This document shows, piece after piece, positions 1 to 12,553 of a DNA stretch of 64,000 bases (its first letter is position 1; every line of letters starts with the position of its first letter). The notes beneath the pieces are model-generated. The model did no database searches. It was given only the letters and a program-made list of their open reading frames with translations, and had not been told where the DNA came from. Source of the stretch: Centroscyllium fabricii (Eukaryota); assembly GCA_051313645.2 (NCBI GenBank), contig JBNRSN020000013.1, forward strand, positions 92,628,001 through 92,692,000, given 5' to 3'. The position numbers were made by a program, and so were the translations under genes.

Positions 1-656
1 ACAGACAGTGGCATACCTGTAAGCACTGCAGCAAGGGTCTGTCACAGGCTCAAAGATATTCAAGGACAGCAGAGTTGGGGAATGTTTTATACCTACAGCA
101 CTTTCCATCTACAAGACTTCAAAAAATGAACTCATCTTGCAGGTGATGGTGGCTTCGCCTCCTGGACCAGCTCTTTTGACTACCTTGGAAAGCACAGCAC
201 TTTGATCTGGTATAGATGCAAGCCTGGAGGTAGCCAAGCCAGGAAAGAAATCAACACTTATTAGTATACAGTAGGTACCAACCGTTGCTTCCTTGGATGT
301 CTCTAGCCAGTAGAATGGTCAAAGGCACTGACTTTAGCACTAGTCTAATAGTTACTCTTGGTGTCCCACAAACTAAATCCGAGTGGCTCATAGTGCAAAA
401 GACCACTCAAATGGCACAACTCCATAGGAGGCAAAAGTGAATGATAAAATTAGATTTTTTCCACAACTTGCAAATGGATGACCATTGCTAGACAGCCGCT
501 TCCACTGAAAACGCCGTTTTAATAAGGCATTCTACTTTTGTTTTCTAGTTGATGCTAATCAAGACTGTAGCAGACGAGAACTTTCTCGGGCAGTAACTGT
601 ACGAGCAGAGAAGTGAGTTTTGCAGAAGGTGGTCTCATTTTCAGATTTGACCATCA

Positions 657-905
<249 letters not shown>

Positions 906-934
906 TTAACAATTCGAAAAGGTATGCATAGAGG

Positions 935-1342
935 TTAGCCTTGGCTCAATGGTAGCACCATCGCCCGAGTCTCAAGTTCTCTAGTTCAAGCACAACACTA
1001 AAGACTTGAACACACAATCTAGGTTGACACTTCAGTGCAGGACTGAGGGCGAGCTGCACTGTCGGAGATGTGTCTTCTTTCAGAGGAGATGTTACCAAGG
1101 CCCCAAATACCTTCTCAGGTGAATGTAAAAGATCCCATGGCACTATTCCAAGAGCAGCAGGGGAGTTCTCTTGGTGTCCTGGCATCATTTACCCATCAAC
1201 TAACACTACCAACATACTAATACTATTTGTGGGACTCTGCTGTGAGCATTTGTCTAAATTATAATAGTGACTACATTTTAAAAGTACTTCATTGGTTGTG
1301 AAGTGCTTTTGGACATCCTGATGTCGTGAAAGATGCTATACA
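935..1342 (+). mobile_element. DeuSINE-type tRNA-derived SINE with L2-like tail
   Basis: Head TTGGCTCAATGGTAGCAC...GTTCAAG, central CTCAGGTGAATGTAAAAGATCCCATGGCACTATT, tail GTGAAGTGCTTTTGGAC...ATGCTATA resembling the L2 3' end at about 12490-12550. Family assigned from recalled consensus. Confidence 0.7.
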
Positions 1343-3108
1343 TCCTTAAGTATAAAAAACACTCAATCGAATGGCACCTGCACCAATTGGATGATTTTAC
1401 AGCAAGATTACATAACTTAGTTTTCCTGACAAGAACGAGTAGTACTTACATCAGTAAAATACAAATTTTGACAAATAAGAAATATCTATACGTCTGAAAC
1501 ATCTTATCCCATCAGTACAACTATGCAAATCATTATGCGATTTAAAGTCAAAATACGATCCAGTTGATCAAATATTTGATAATCAAATAGCTTTTCTGGG
1601 AGCTTAACCTCATCCAAATTTCTCTCCAGCTCTGCTGAAGGTACGAACTCCTGCAGGGGCACAGTTTGAGCAGTAATAGCCACTCTAGCCATTACTTATT
1701 TGAGTGTCAAGAGGCCTTGGGGCATCTCACCTGACTTCTACATGCACTCAATCCAGGGGTTACTGGATGGCAATCAAGAGCAGGAAACCAGACAATTTTC
1801 CCTTGCTAGTTTGGGGCACTGAGGCCAATTCTGACATCCTATTGCCACCCCAGCTAGATTCAATTAACAGCACATACTGCAAATTCGATGTTTTACCAAC
1901 TAAATCATCAGGGGGCCTACTTCTCCGTTTATTGGCTGGGCTATCCACACTGATACTAACCAATTAGATTAATTTTCACAGATCTAAAAGGCTAAATTAT
2001 AAAGGTGCAACAGGTTTTTGCAAACTTGCCATCTTGTACTAATGGTATGTTATTGCTTGAAGAATTATTGCTAAAGTTAGTTAGTACTAAAATGTTAATT
2101 TCTTTAATATGTAGAACCATGAGCAGGGTACGATCAAGAGCACAAATAAAAACTATAATTAGCACCTTAGAATTTGCCAAGTATTCTGTACACATCACAT
2201 TAAGCAGCAAAGCAAAAGTACGTACAGAATGTTTTCAAAGATAGTAGCCTCATGTTTACTGAGGATAATTGTCAGCTTGTTACACATGTACTGTAAATTT
2301 TCCCTGCTACTCCTGGCATTGTAGATCACATTTATTCACAAAACCCGTGTTCTCTTCACCACACCACCACCCTGTAAAATTTCATGCTACAAAAGTTTGT
2401 GTTAAATTGTCATTCAAGAATTCTACTCCTTTAGCTTCCATTTGCATACACTTGAGGGAAGTTGTTAATAAAAATTGTGAAAATTTACAAACTCATCGCC
2501 ATGAATTACTTTAGATTCCATATTTTTAAGCATAGATAGGCCAAGCATCTCACAGGAGACAAAATATTAGATCACAGGTATGGCTGGCCTTCCTCATTCC
2601 TTGACTACAGTTAACCTCCACATACAAATGAATCAACAGTCATACAAGTGAGGTGAAAAGACATGAGGTATTATTTCTGTTGCGTTTGGCATCAATACAT
2701 AAATAAGAACTTAATAGGAGTAGGCCATCCGGCCTCTCGAGCCTGCTCCGCCATTCAATAAGGTCATGGCTGATCTGATCTTGGCCTCGACTCCACTTTT
2801 CTGCCCGTTCCCCATAACCCTTGACTCCCGTGTAGTTCAAAAATATGTCTATCTCAGCCGTAAATATATTAAATGACCGAGCCTCCACAGCTCTTTGGGG
2901 TAGAGAATTCCAAAGATTCACGACCCTCAGAGGAAATTCCTCCACGTGTTTTAAATGGGCGACCCCTTATTCTGAAACTATGCCCCCTAGTTCGAGATTA
3001 TCCCACGAAGGGAAACATCCTCTCAGCATCTACCTGGTCAAGCCCCCTCAGAATCTTCTATGTTTCAATAAGATCACCTCTCATTCTTCTAAACTCAAAT
3101 TAGTGTAT

Positions 3109-3446
3109 CATAGAATCCCTACAGTGCAGATAGAGGCCATTTCGGCCCATCGAGCCTGCACCGACACATATCCCACCCTATCCCCACAACCCCACATATT
3201 CCCACCCTATCCCCGTAACCCCACATATTTAATCACCCGAACACTAAGGGTCAATTTATCCTAGCCAATCAACCTAACCCGCACATCTTTGGACTGTGGG
3301 AGGAAACCGGAGCACCCGGAGGAAACCCAGGCAGACACGGGGAGAATGTGCAAACTCCACACAGATAGTCACCCAAGGCCGGATTTGAACCCGGGTCCCT
3401 AGCGCTGTAAGGCAACAGTGCTAACCACTATGCCACCGTGCCGCCC
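3109..3446 (-). mobile_element. V-SINE (HE1-like), short-tail variant
   Basis: tRNA-like head GGGCGGCACGGTGGCATAGTGGTTAGC...GGGTTCAAATCC, V-domain TGTGTGGAGTTTGCACATTCTCCCCGTGTCTG, CR1-derived tail ending GATTCTATGA. Confidence 0.9.
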
Positions 3447-3889
3447 AAAAGACCCAACCTGCTCAACCTTTCCTCACAAGACAACCCCTTCATCCCAGGA
3501 ATCAACCTAGTGAACCTTCTCTGAACTGCCTCCAACGCAAGTATATCCCTCCTTATATAAGGAGACCAAAACTGCACGCAGTACTCCAGGTGTGGTCTCA
3601 CCAACGCTCTGTACAGTTGTAGCAAGATCTCCCTACTTTTATACTCCACCCCCCTTGCAATAAAGGCCAACACTCCATTTGCCTTCCTAATTACTTGCTG
3701 TACCTGCATGCTAACGTTTTGTGTTTCATGTACAAGGACACCCAAATCCTTCTGTACCGCAGCATTCTGTAGTCTGTCTCCATTTAAGTAATATTTTGCT
3801 TTTCTATTCTTCCTACCAAAGTGGATAACCTCACATTGTCCGACATTATACTCCATCTGCCAAATTTCTGCCCACTCTCAACCTATTTA

Positions 3890-4536
3890 CAGGAAACTCT
3901 TTTATCTGGCACCGACGGGACCGGTGTGGTGCCGGTTTATCAAAAAGTCCAGATTACAGAGAGGTATAATAAAAGGTACGAGAGCCCCGTACACAGCAAC
4001 AGATCCAGGCGTCCCTGTTGCTCAGCAACAGGTGCAGGAACCCCGGCCACAAGATCAGTCGTTCCCGTTGCTTAGCAACAGGTGCAGGAACCCTGGCCAC
4101 GAGATCCAGGCGTCCCTGTTGCTTAGCAACAGGTGCAGGAACCCCGGTTACATAGAAACATACATAGAAACATAGAAACTAGGAGCAGGAGTAGGCCATT
4201 CGGCCTTTCGAGCCTGCTCCGCCATTCAATGAGATCATGGCTGATCATCCAAACCCAGTACCCCGCCCCTGCCCTCTCCCTATATCCCTTGATCCCTCTC
4301 AAGCCTGCATCGACACACATCCCACCCTATCACCGTAACCCCACACATTCAATCCCCCTAACACTAACGGTCAATTTATCCTGGCCAATCAACCTAACCC
4401 GCACATCTTTGGAATTACACGGCCACAGATCCAGGAACAGCCACTAATATGAAGTAAAACTTACCCGAACCAACTTCTGAATTTTGCTGGTTAACAGAGA
4501 TTTCCGGTTATTTGGGTGCCGGTAAATTGAGAGTTT
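3890..4536. mobile_element. Tc1/mariner(pogo/Tigger)-type non-autonomous element with internal ~50-bp tandem repeat
   Basis: TA|CAGGAAACTCT left end, clipped right end GAGAGTTT. Same end sequence as 49181-50023. Contains a truncated V-SINE. Confidence 0.7.
4150..4411 (-). mobile_element. 5'-truncated V-SINE
   Basis: Matches 9830-10083; terminal TTTCTATG-type repeats. Confidence 0.85.
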
Positions 4537-5329
4537 GCAGACTCTGTCATCCTCACAATTTGCTTTCCCACCTATCTTTGTATAAGCAGCAAATTTGGCT
4601 ACAGTACAGTTGGTCCCTTCATCCAAGTCATTGATATAGGTTATAAATAGTTGAGGCCCCAGCACTGATCCCTGTGGTACCCCACTAGTTACAGTTTGCC
4701 AACCTGCAAATGACCCATTTATCCCGACTGTTTTCTGTTGGTTAGCCAATCCTCTATCCATGCTAATATATTACCCCCAACCCCGTGAGCTCTTATCTTG
4801 TGCAGTAACCTTTTATGCAGCACCTTATCGCATGCCAATTGGAAATCCAAATACACGACATCTACTGATTCCCCTTTCTCCACCCTGCTCGTTACATCCT
4901 CAAAAGAACTCCAATACATTTGTCAAACACGATTTCCTTTTCATAAAACCATGTTGACTCTGCTTGATTGTATTATGATTTTCTAAATGTCCTGCTACTA
5001 CTTCCTTAATAATGGATTCCAGCATTTTCCCAGTGACAGATGTCAGGCTAACTATCCTATAGTTTCCTGCTTTCCATCTCCCTCCTTTCCTGAATATGGC
5101 CATTACATTTACGGTTTTCCAATCCGCTGGGACCTTTCCAGAGTCCAGGGAATTTTGGAAAATTACAACCAATGCATCCACTATCTCTGCAGCCACTTCT
5201 TTTAAGACTATAGGATGTCGGCCACCATGTCCAGGGGACTTTCAGCCTTTGGTCCCATTACTTTGTCTAGTACTTTTTCTCTAGTAATGGTGATTGTTTT
5301 AAATGAACAACATGCTGTGGTATTTCTGA

Positions 5330-6980
5330 TCACTTCCTTGTATCCCTCACCATTCACAGCCTTCTAACCCCACTTCCTTCTGTATTCATCCCTGAAAAAC
5401 ACACTCCCCCCCCCCCCCACCTCAAGTCACTTGCAAGTTAACTGCACTTTCAAACTCCCAACAATCTAGCCTTTGGCTTTCCACTCGCCACAATACAATC
5501 TGTTCAATCACACCCTCACCTCCATCTTTGATGGCCTTATCCACAGCGAGACCCAGTCTCTCCCACTCTGGACATTCCCCTTGGCACGGCCCCCATCGGC
5601 GTTCCCTTACGTCCAAGGGACGCAGATTTGAATGTTTATGGCACACAATTGGTTGAGCCATTCTTTGCCATATCTGGCTGGAGCACATCAAGCACTATCG
5701 AGCCCTGCTCTCCTCTGCCAAAACTGCTCACTACTCCAGGATCAACCTGGAATGCAAAGATAATGCTCTCCACTACCAACTAAACTCCTCTCCCCTGCCC
5801 CTTCCAACAAGTGCGAGGAGCTCATGGACTTTAGTCACCAAGATGGAGACCATACGTTCAGCTGCCTCTGCCAGATCCCTCCCTTCCCCTTGCCCACCAA
5901 GCCAAATTTCCCTCAAAGTTCCCCTTGCCCTATTCTGGAACTCACATCTTTCTCTAGTTTCTCTCCTATCTCCCCTCAAGCCATCTCCAAGCTCTGCTTG
6001 TCCATAAGACCCACCTCCTGCTCTCACAAACCTCCTCGCACTATGCTGCTGCCCATCCAACTTTCCTTCCCAGCCCACATGCTAGCAGACATTGTAAATA
6101 GTTCTGTCCTCAGGATCTTCCTTCCTATTAAATCTGCCGTGTCATCACCACCTCCTTCAAAACATCCACCCTTGACCCCTCTGCCCCATCTTCAACCTCC
6201 CTTTGCTCTCCAAAGTCCTTGAACTCGTTGCCGCCTCCCAAATTCGTGACCACCTTTCCCGCAACTCCATGTTTGAAACTCTTCAATCAGGTTTCTGCAC
6301 CTGCCACAGCATTGAAATGGTCCTAATCAAAGTCGGAAATGACATTCCATGTGACTGCGATCCCATCCTTCCTCGTCCTGCTCAGCCAATCTGCAGCTTT
6401 TGACATGGTTGACTGCACTATTTTCCTGCAACGTCTTTCCTCCATTATCCACCAGAGTATAACCGCCCTCGCCTGGTTCCACTCTTACCTATCCAGTCGT
6501 AGTACGTGAATCGCCTACAATGGCTCTTCTTCCCGCCACCGCACCTTTACCTCTAGAGCCCCCCAAAGATCTATCCTTGGAGCCATCTATTTTTCATCTA
6601 CACGCTGCCACTCGGCAACATCATCTGAAAAATGTCAGGTTCCACATGTACACTGATGACACTCAACTCTACCTCTCGCGATTGCATCTGTGTTGTCAGA
6701 CTGCTTGTCAGACATCCAGTCCTGGATGAGCTGAAATTTCCTTCAATTAAACATCGGGAAGACCAAAGTCATTGTCTTCAGCCCCTGCCACAAACTCCAT
6801 TCCCTAGCCACCAATCCCATCCCCCTCCCTGGCCAATGCCTCAGGCTAAACTAGATCATTCGCAAACCTCGGCGTCCTATGCAACCCCGAGCGGAGTTTA
6901 GACCACACATCCCTCTCTATCACAAAGACCACCCACAGTTCCACCTCTAATATCGCCCGTCTCCAACCCTGCATCAGCCC
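5330..6980 (+). mobile_element. Decayed L2-like LINE, 5' part
   Basis: Fragments LSKVLELVAASQIRDHL...FETLQSGF and FHMYTDDTQLYLS. Continues at 12008 after the CR1 insertion. Confidence 0.75.
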
Positions 6981-7065
6981 ATAGAAACATAGAAGATAGG
7001 AGCAGGAGTAGGCCATTCGGCCCTTCGAGCCTGCTCCGCCATTCAATGAGATCATGGCTGATCTT

Positions 7066-9810
7066 TCAAACCCAGTACCCCGTCCTTTCTCCGTAACCCC
7101 TAATCCCCTTAGCCCGAAGAAATATATCCAATTCCCTCTTAAATATATTTAATGAACTGGCCTCCACTGCCCTCTGTGGCAAGGAATTCCACAGGCTCAC
7201 CACTCTCTGGGTGAAGAAATTCTTCCTCATATCTGTCCTAAATGGTTTACCCCTTATCCTTAGACTGTGGCCCCTGGTTCTGAACTCCCCCGCCATTGGA
7301 AACATTCTTTCTGAATCTAGCCTGTACAGGCCTGTCAGAATTTTATATGTTTCGATGAGATCCCCTCTCAATCTTCTAAACTCCAGCGAGTACAAGCCCA
7401 AACTACACAATCTCTCCTCGTAGGTCATTCCTGCCATTCCAGGTATCATCCTGGTGAATCGCCGCTGCACTCCTTCCATGGCAAGAACATCCTTCCTCAG
7501 ATGAGGCGACCAAAACTGTACACAATACTCAAGGTGTGGTCTCACCAGTGCCTTGTACAGCTGTAGTAAGGTATCCTTATTCCTATACTCGAACCCTCTT
7601 GATATGAAGGCCAACATACCATTTGCCTTCTTAACCGCCTGTTGCACCTGCATGCTTGCCTTCAGTGACTGGTGCACAAGAACAGCCAGGTCTCTCTGCA
7701 CTTCCCCATCTCCCAATCTATTGCCATTTAAATAATAATCTGCCCTCCTGTTTTTGCCCCCTAAGTGGATAACCTCACATTTATCCACATTATAGTGCAT
7801 TTGCCATGTATCTGCCCATTCCCCCAACTTGTCCAAATCGCACTGGAGCTTCCTGACATCCTCTTCAGAGCCCACCCCCCCTCCTAGTTTAGTGTCGTCT
7901 GCAAATTTGGAGATGTTGCATCCAATTCCCTGGTCCAGATCATTAATATATATTGTGAACAGCTGGGGTCCCAGGACAGATCCCTGCGGCACCCCACTAG
8001 TCACCGCCTGCCACTCAGAGAACGAGCCATTTATTCCAACTCTCTGTGTTCTATCTGCCAGCCAGTTCTCTATCCACGTCAATACTTTGCCCCCAATCCC
8101 ATGAGCCTTAATTTTGCATGCTAATCTTTTATGTGGGACCTTATCGAAGGCTTTCTGGAAGTCAAGGTACACCACATCTACTGGCTCTCCCCCATCTATT
8201 TTACCAGTTACTTCCTCAAAGAATTCCAATAGATTAGTCAAGCACGATTTACCTTTTGTAAATCCATGTTGACTCTGTCCGATCCCATCCCTATTTGTCA
8301 AGTGCATTACATCCTTAATAATGGACTCTAGCATTTTGCCCACTACTGATGTAAGGCTTACTGGTCTATAATTCCCTGCTTTTTCTTTACCCCCCTTTTT
8401 AAATAGTGGGGTAACATTAGCTACCCTCCAATCCATGGGTACTGTTCCCAAGTCTATCGAGTTCCGGAACATGATCCTTAAAGCATCTACTATCTCCAGG
8501 GCCACCTCCTTAAGTAGCCTAGGATGCAGATTATCAGGCCCTGGCGATTTGTCGGCCTTCAATCCCTTCAACTTCCCCAACACCATATCCTTAGAAATAC
8601 TGATTTCTGTCAGCTCCTCCCTTGCATTAATCCCTATGTTTCCCAATATCCCAGGGAGGTTATTTGTGTCCTCCTTTGTGAAGACAGAACCAAAATATGA
8701 ATTTAATTGTTCTGCCATTTCCTTATTCCCCATTATATATTCCCCTGAATCGGACCGCAAGGGACCGACTTGAGATTTTACCAATCTTTTCCTCCTGATA
8801 TACCTATAAAAGCTTTTGCAGTCGGTTTTTATGTTTGCCGCAAGCTTACTTTCGTAATCTATTTTCCCGCTCCTGATTAATCCCTTTGTCCTCCTTTGCT
8901 GTATCCTGAACTGCTCCCAATCTTCAGGTCTGGTGCTTTTTTTGGCCAATTGATATGTCCTTTTTTTGGATTTTATGTTGTCCCTAATTTCCCTTGTTAT
9001 CCACGGCTGAGTCACCTTTTTAGGTTTATTTTTATGCCAAACCGGTATAAACAAGTTCTGTAATTCTTCCATTCTATCTTTGAATGCTTGCCATTGTCTA
9101 TCCACTGTCAATCCCCCCAGAAACACCGCCCAATCAATCTTACTCAATTCCCTTCTCATACCATCATAATTCCCTTTATTTAAATTCAGGCCCTTAATCT
9201 CGGAGTCAATTTCTTCACTCTCCATCTCAAGTGAGAATTCGATCATATTATGATCGCTCTGACCCAAGGGGCCTCGTACAACAACATTGCCAATTAGTCC
9301 CTTCTCATTGCACAATACCCAGTCTAAGATGGCCTGATCCCGAGTTGGTTCCTCGACATATTGGTCCAGGTAACCGCCCCGTAAACATTCTAGGAATTCT
9401 TCCTCCTCAGTATTTTTACAGATTTGGCTAGTCCAATCTATATGTAAATTAAAGTCACCTATGATGACAGCTGTGCCCTTATTGCACGCTTCTCTAATTT
9501 CCCTTTTTATGCCTTCCCCCACCTCCATATTACTGTTTGGAGGCCTATATAACACTCCCACTAACGGTTTCCGCCCCTTGCTATTTCTCAGTTCTACCCA
9601 TATAGATTCCGTATCATCCGAGTTAATATCCTTCCTTTCAATTGCGTTAATCCCTTCTTTCACCAGCAATGCTACCCCACCTCCCTTTCTCTTTTGCCGA
9701 TCCTTCCTAAATATTGTATACCCCTGGATGTTAAGTTCCCAGCCTTGCCCCCCCTGCAGCCATGTTTCTGTAATCCCAATCAAATCATATTCGTTTACCT
9801 CTATTTCCAC
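7066..9810 (-). CDS. CR1 ORF2: APE endonuclease + reverse transcriptase (N-terminus disrupted by a SINE)
   Basis: 914-aa ORF with ITETWL, YRPP, GDFN, SDH, YLDFQKAFD, QGSVLGP and FADD motifs. Confidence 0.95.
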   Translation of the reverse strand: MEIEVNEYDLIGITETWLQGGQGWELNIQGYTIFRKDRQKRKGGGVALLVKEGINAIERKDINSDDTESIWVELRNSKGRKPLVGVLYRPPNSNMEVGEGIKREIREACNKGTAVIIGDFNLHIDWTSQICKNTEEEEFLECLRGGYLDQYVEEPTRDQAILDWVLCNEKGLIGNVVVRGPLGQSDHNMIEFSLEMESEEIDSEIKGLNLNKGNYDGMRRELSKIDWAVFLGGLTVDRQWQAFKDRMEELQNLFIPVWHKNKPKKVTQPWITREIRDNIKSKKRTYQLAKKSTRPEDWEQFRIQQRRTKGLIRSGKIDYESKLAANIKTDCKSFYRYIRRKRLVKSQVGPLRSDSGEYIMGNKEMAEQLNSYFGSVFTKEDTNNLPGILGNIGINAREELTEISISKDMVLGKLKGLKADKSPGPDNLHPRLLKEVALEIVDALRIMFRNSIDLGTVPMDWRVANVTPLFKKGGKEKAGNYRPVSLTSVVGKMLESIIKDVMHLTNRDGIGQSQHGFTKGKSCLTNLLEFFEEVTGKIDGGEPVDVVYLDFQKAFDKVPHKRLACKIKAHGIGGKVLTWIENWLADRTQRVGINGSFSEWQAVTSGVPQGSVLGPQLFTIYINDLDQGIGCNISKFADDTKLGGGVGSEEDVRKLQCDLDKLGEWADTWQMHYNVDKCEVIHLGGKNRRADYYLNGNRLGDGEVQRDLAVLVHQSLKASMQVQQAVKKANGMLAFISRGFEYRNKDTLLQLYKALVRPHLEYCVQFWSPHLRKDVLAMEGVQRRFTRMIPGMAGMTYEERLCSLGLYSLEFRRLRGDLIETYKILTGLYRLDSERMFPMAGEFRTRGHSLRIRGKPFRTDMRKNFFTQRVVSLWNSLPQRAVEASSLNIFKRELDIFLRAKGIRGYGERTGYWV

Positions 9811-9829
9811 AACTAATTCATCTACCTTG

Positions 9830-10234
9830 GAAACATAGAAACATAGAAACTAGGAGCAGGAGTAGGCCATTCGGCCCTTCGAGCCTGCTCCGCCATTCAA
9901 TGAGATCATGGCTGATCATCCAAACCCAGTACCCCGCCCCTGCCCTCTCCCCATATCCCTCGATCCCTATCGAGCCTGCATCGACACATATCCCACCCTA
10001 TCCCCGTAACCCCACATATTTAATCCTCCTAACACTAAGGGTCAATTTATCCTGGCCAATCAACCTAACCCGCACATCTTTGGACTGTGGGAGGAAACCG
10101 GAGCACCCGGAGGAAACCCACGCAGACACGGGGAGAATGTGCAAACTCCACACAGATAGTACCCGAGGCTGGATTTGAACCCGGGTCTCCAGTGCTGTAA
10201 GGCAACAGTGCTAACCACTGTGCCACCGTGCCGC
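9830..10234 (-). mobile_element. Full-length V-SINE inserted in CR1 ORF2
   Basis: tRNA head, V-domain, and a 3' tail nearly identical to the tail of the host CR1. Confidence 0.92.
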
Positions 10235-10404
10235 ATTAAGATACAAAGCCGTCAGGCTTGCTTTTTTCACACTCTCATTATGAATTAGTTTGGCCCTTTG
10301 TGTTTCTCGCCTTTGCCTATTGCTTCTCACCCTTCTACCATTTATTTCTGGCTGCATATGACTTCCCTCTTTTCCACTACCTAGGTTCCCATCCCCCTGC
10401 CATA

Positions 10405-11349
10405 CTAGTTTAAATCCTCCCAAACAGCTCTAGCAAATATTACCCCGAGGACATCGGTACCATTCCCGCCCAGATGCAGACCGTCCCTCTTGTACAGGTC
10501 CCACCTCCCCGAGAACTGGTTCCAATGCCTCAAGAATTTAAATGCCTCCCTCTTGCACCACTGCTCAAGTCACGTATTTAGCCTAACTATCCGGCTCTCT
10601 CTATTCTGGTTAGCACGTGGCACTGGTAGCAATCCAGAGATTACTACCTTTGAGGTCCTACTTTTCAATTTAGCTCCTAGCTCCCTAAATTCAGCTTGTA
10701 GGACCTCATCCCTCTTTTTACCTATATCGTTGGTACCCACATGTACCACGACAACTGGCTGTTCACCCTCCCTCTCCAGAATGTTCTGCAGCCGCTTCGA
10801 GACATCCTTTACCCTTGCACCAGGGAGGCAACATACCATCCTGGAGTCTCGGTGCCGGCCACAGAAACTCCTATCTATTCCCCTTACAATGGAGTCCCCT
10901 ATCACTATAGCTCTGCCACTCTTTTTCCCTCCCTTCTGTGCAGCAGAGCCAGTCATGGTGCCTTGAACTTGGCTGCTGGTGCCTTCCCCTGATAAGTCAT
11001 CTCCCACAACAGTTTCCAAAACGGTAAACTTATTTTGGAGGGAGATGACCGCAGGGTACTCCTGCACTACCTTCCTGATCTTACTCTGTCTTTTGGTCAC
11101 CCATTTACTGTCTAAGCTATCCTTTACCTGCGGTGTGACCAACTCACTGAATGTGCAATCCACAACTTTCTCGGCTTCGTGGATGCTCCACAGTGAGTCC
11201 ATCCGCAGCTCCAGTGCCGCCATGCGGTCCGTCAGGAGCTGCAGCTGGACACACTTCCTGCACACATAGTTGTCAGGGACACCGGAAGTGTCCCTGATTT
11301 CCCACATGGCACAGGAGGAGCATGGCACGGGTCTGAGCTGTCCTGTCAT
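10405..11349 (-). pseudogene. CR1 ORF1: Cys-rich N-terminus, coiled coil, SGNH/GDSL esterase; one premature TGA at 10570-10572
   Basis: CSSC...CRKC, GDSIVRG and HVGTND. The same frame continues through DGLHL to ...WEDLN-TAG at 10405-10407. Confidence 0.9.
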
Positions 11350-12007
11350 GACTTAACCCTTATATTATCCTTTTACTAAGATTTAACTTACTTATTACAT
11401 TTCACTTCCTGAAATTTAGTTAAGACCAAGTTTGAGGAAAATACTCACCAACCAGTCACCTACCTGTTTTCTGGTGATGTCCTTTTCTCCGCTGCCTCCT
11501 GTTGCCTCCTCCGAGGTCTGACCTGCTGTTAGCTCGCCCCTGTCCTGGTTTTTTAGAGAAAAGACACACAAAATGCCGGTTCTGAACCTGTTGCCACCTC
11601 CGACTTTTTGCTCTGTCCAGGAACTCTTACCACCTAAGTTAAGTCCCTGAAAACAAAATATAAATCTAACCTACCTTTTAATTTCCCTCTACCCCTAAAG
11701 GTTAGAGGAGGTGGGAGGGTGGGAGACACTACTAGTGTAGTGTCTCGGGTTTAGCAACTGCTCCACCTATATACTGGTAGCAAATGAATTGGCCCCACCC
11801 CCTGGCTTTAAAAAAAGCCTGCGTTAACTGCCTTCAGCTGCCCTGACTTGCTGGACTTGTTTATCTCTTTTTTAACCCTGCTTAAATCTGGGGAAAACAG
11901 TAAAAAGTACACAGTAAATGTGAAACAAACAAAGTTTTCAGCAACCAGTAAGACTGCTACTCACCCAGCTCCAAGAAGCACTCTGTTCAAACCACACTAC
12001 AGCCAAA

Positions 12008-12553
12008 CCATCTGCTGCTGAAACCCTCATCCATGCTTTTGTTACCTTTAAACTTGACTATTCTAATGTTCTCCTGGCTGGCTTCCCAGGTTCCCTCCCC
12101 TCCATACGCTGAAGCTCATTCAAAACTCTGCTGCCATATACTAATTCTCACTAAGTCACATTCACCTATCACCTCTGTGCTCGCTTACCTATTTTGGCTC
12201 CCGGTCCAGCAACACTTCCATTTCAAAATACTCATCCTCGTGTTCAAGCCCCTCCCCATCTCCAGGCCGACAACCGTCCTCCAACTCTGGCCTCTTGTGC
12301 ACCCTCCGTTTCTTTTTCTTCTCCATTGGCGGACGTGCCTTTAGCTGACTGGGGCCCTAAGCTCTAGAATTCCCTCCCTAAACTACTCTGCCTCTCCATC
12401 CTCCTTTAAGACGTTCCTTAAAACCTCCCTCACCTGTCCTAATTTCTTCTCCTTTGGTTTGGTGTCAATTTGTGTCGGATTACGCTCCTGTGAAACGCTT
12501 TGGGGCATTTTACCACGTTAAAAGGTGCTATATAAATACAAGCTGTTGTTGTT
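12008..12553 (+). mobile_element. L2-like LINE, 3' part
   Basis: GCTGAAACCCTCATCCATGCTTTTG (AETLIHAF) and tail GGTGCTATATAAATACAAGCTGTTGTTGTTG. Confidence 0.75.

Larger units (their letters stand above)
2700..5303 (-). mobile_element. Decayed CR1 LINE ORF2 fragment interrupted by two insertions
   Basis: ORF pieces 4900-5196, 4719-4919, 4444-4761, 3428-3856 and 2640-2945 carry YLDFQ, SGVPQGSVLGP, LVRPHLEYCVQFWSP and VNLWNSLP. Confidence 0.9.
6981..12007 (-). mobile_element. Near full-length CR1 LINE (E1), sense to GSK3B
   Basis: 5' UTR, ORF1, ORF2, and 3' tail ending TTCTATGTTTCTATG. It interrupts the L2 element; CCAT occurs at both junctions. Confidence 0.95.
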
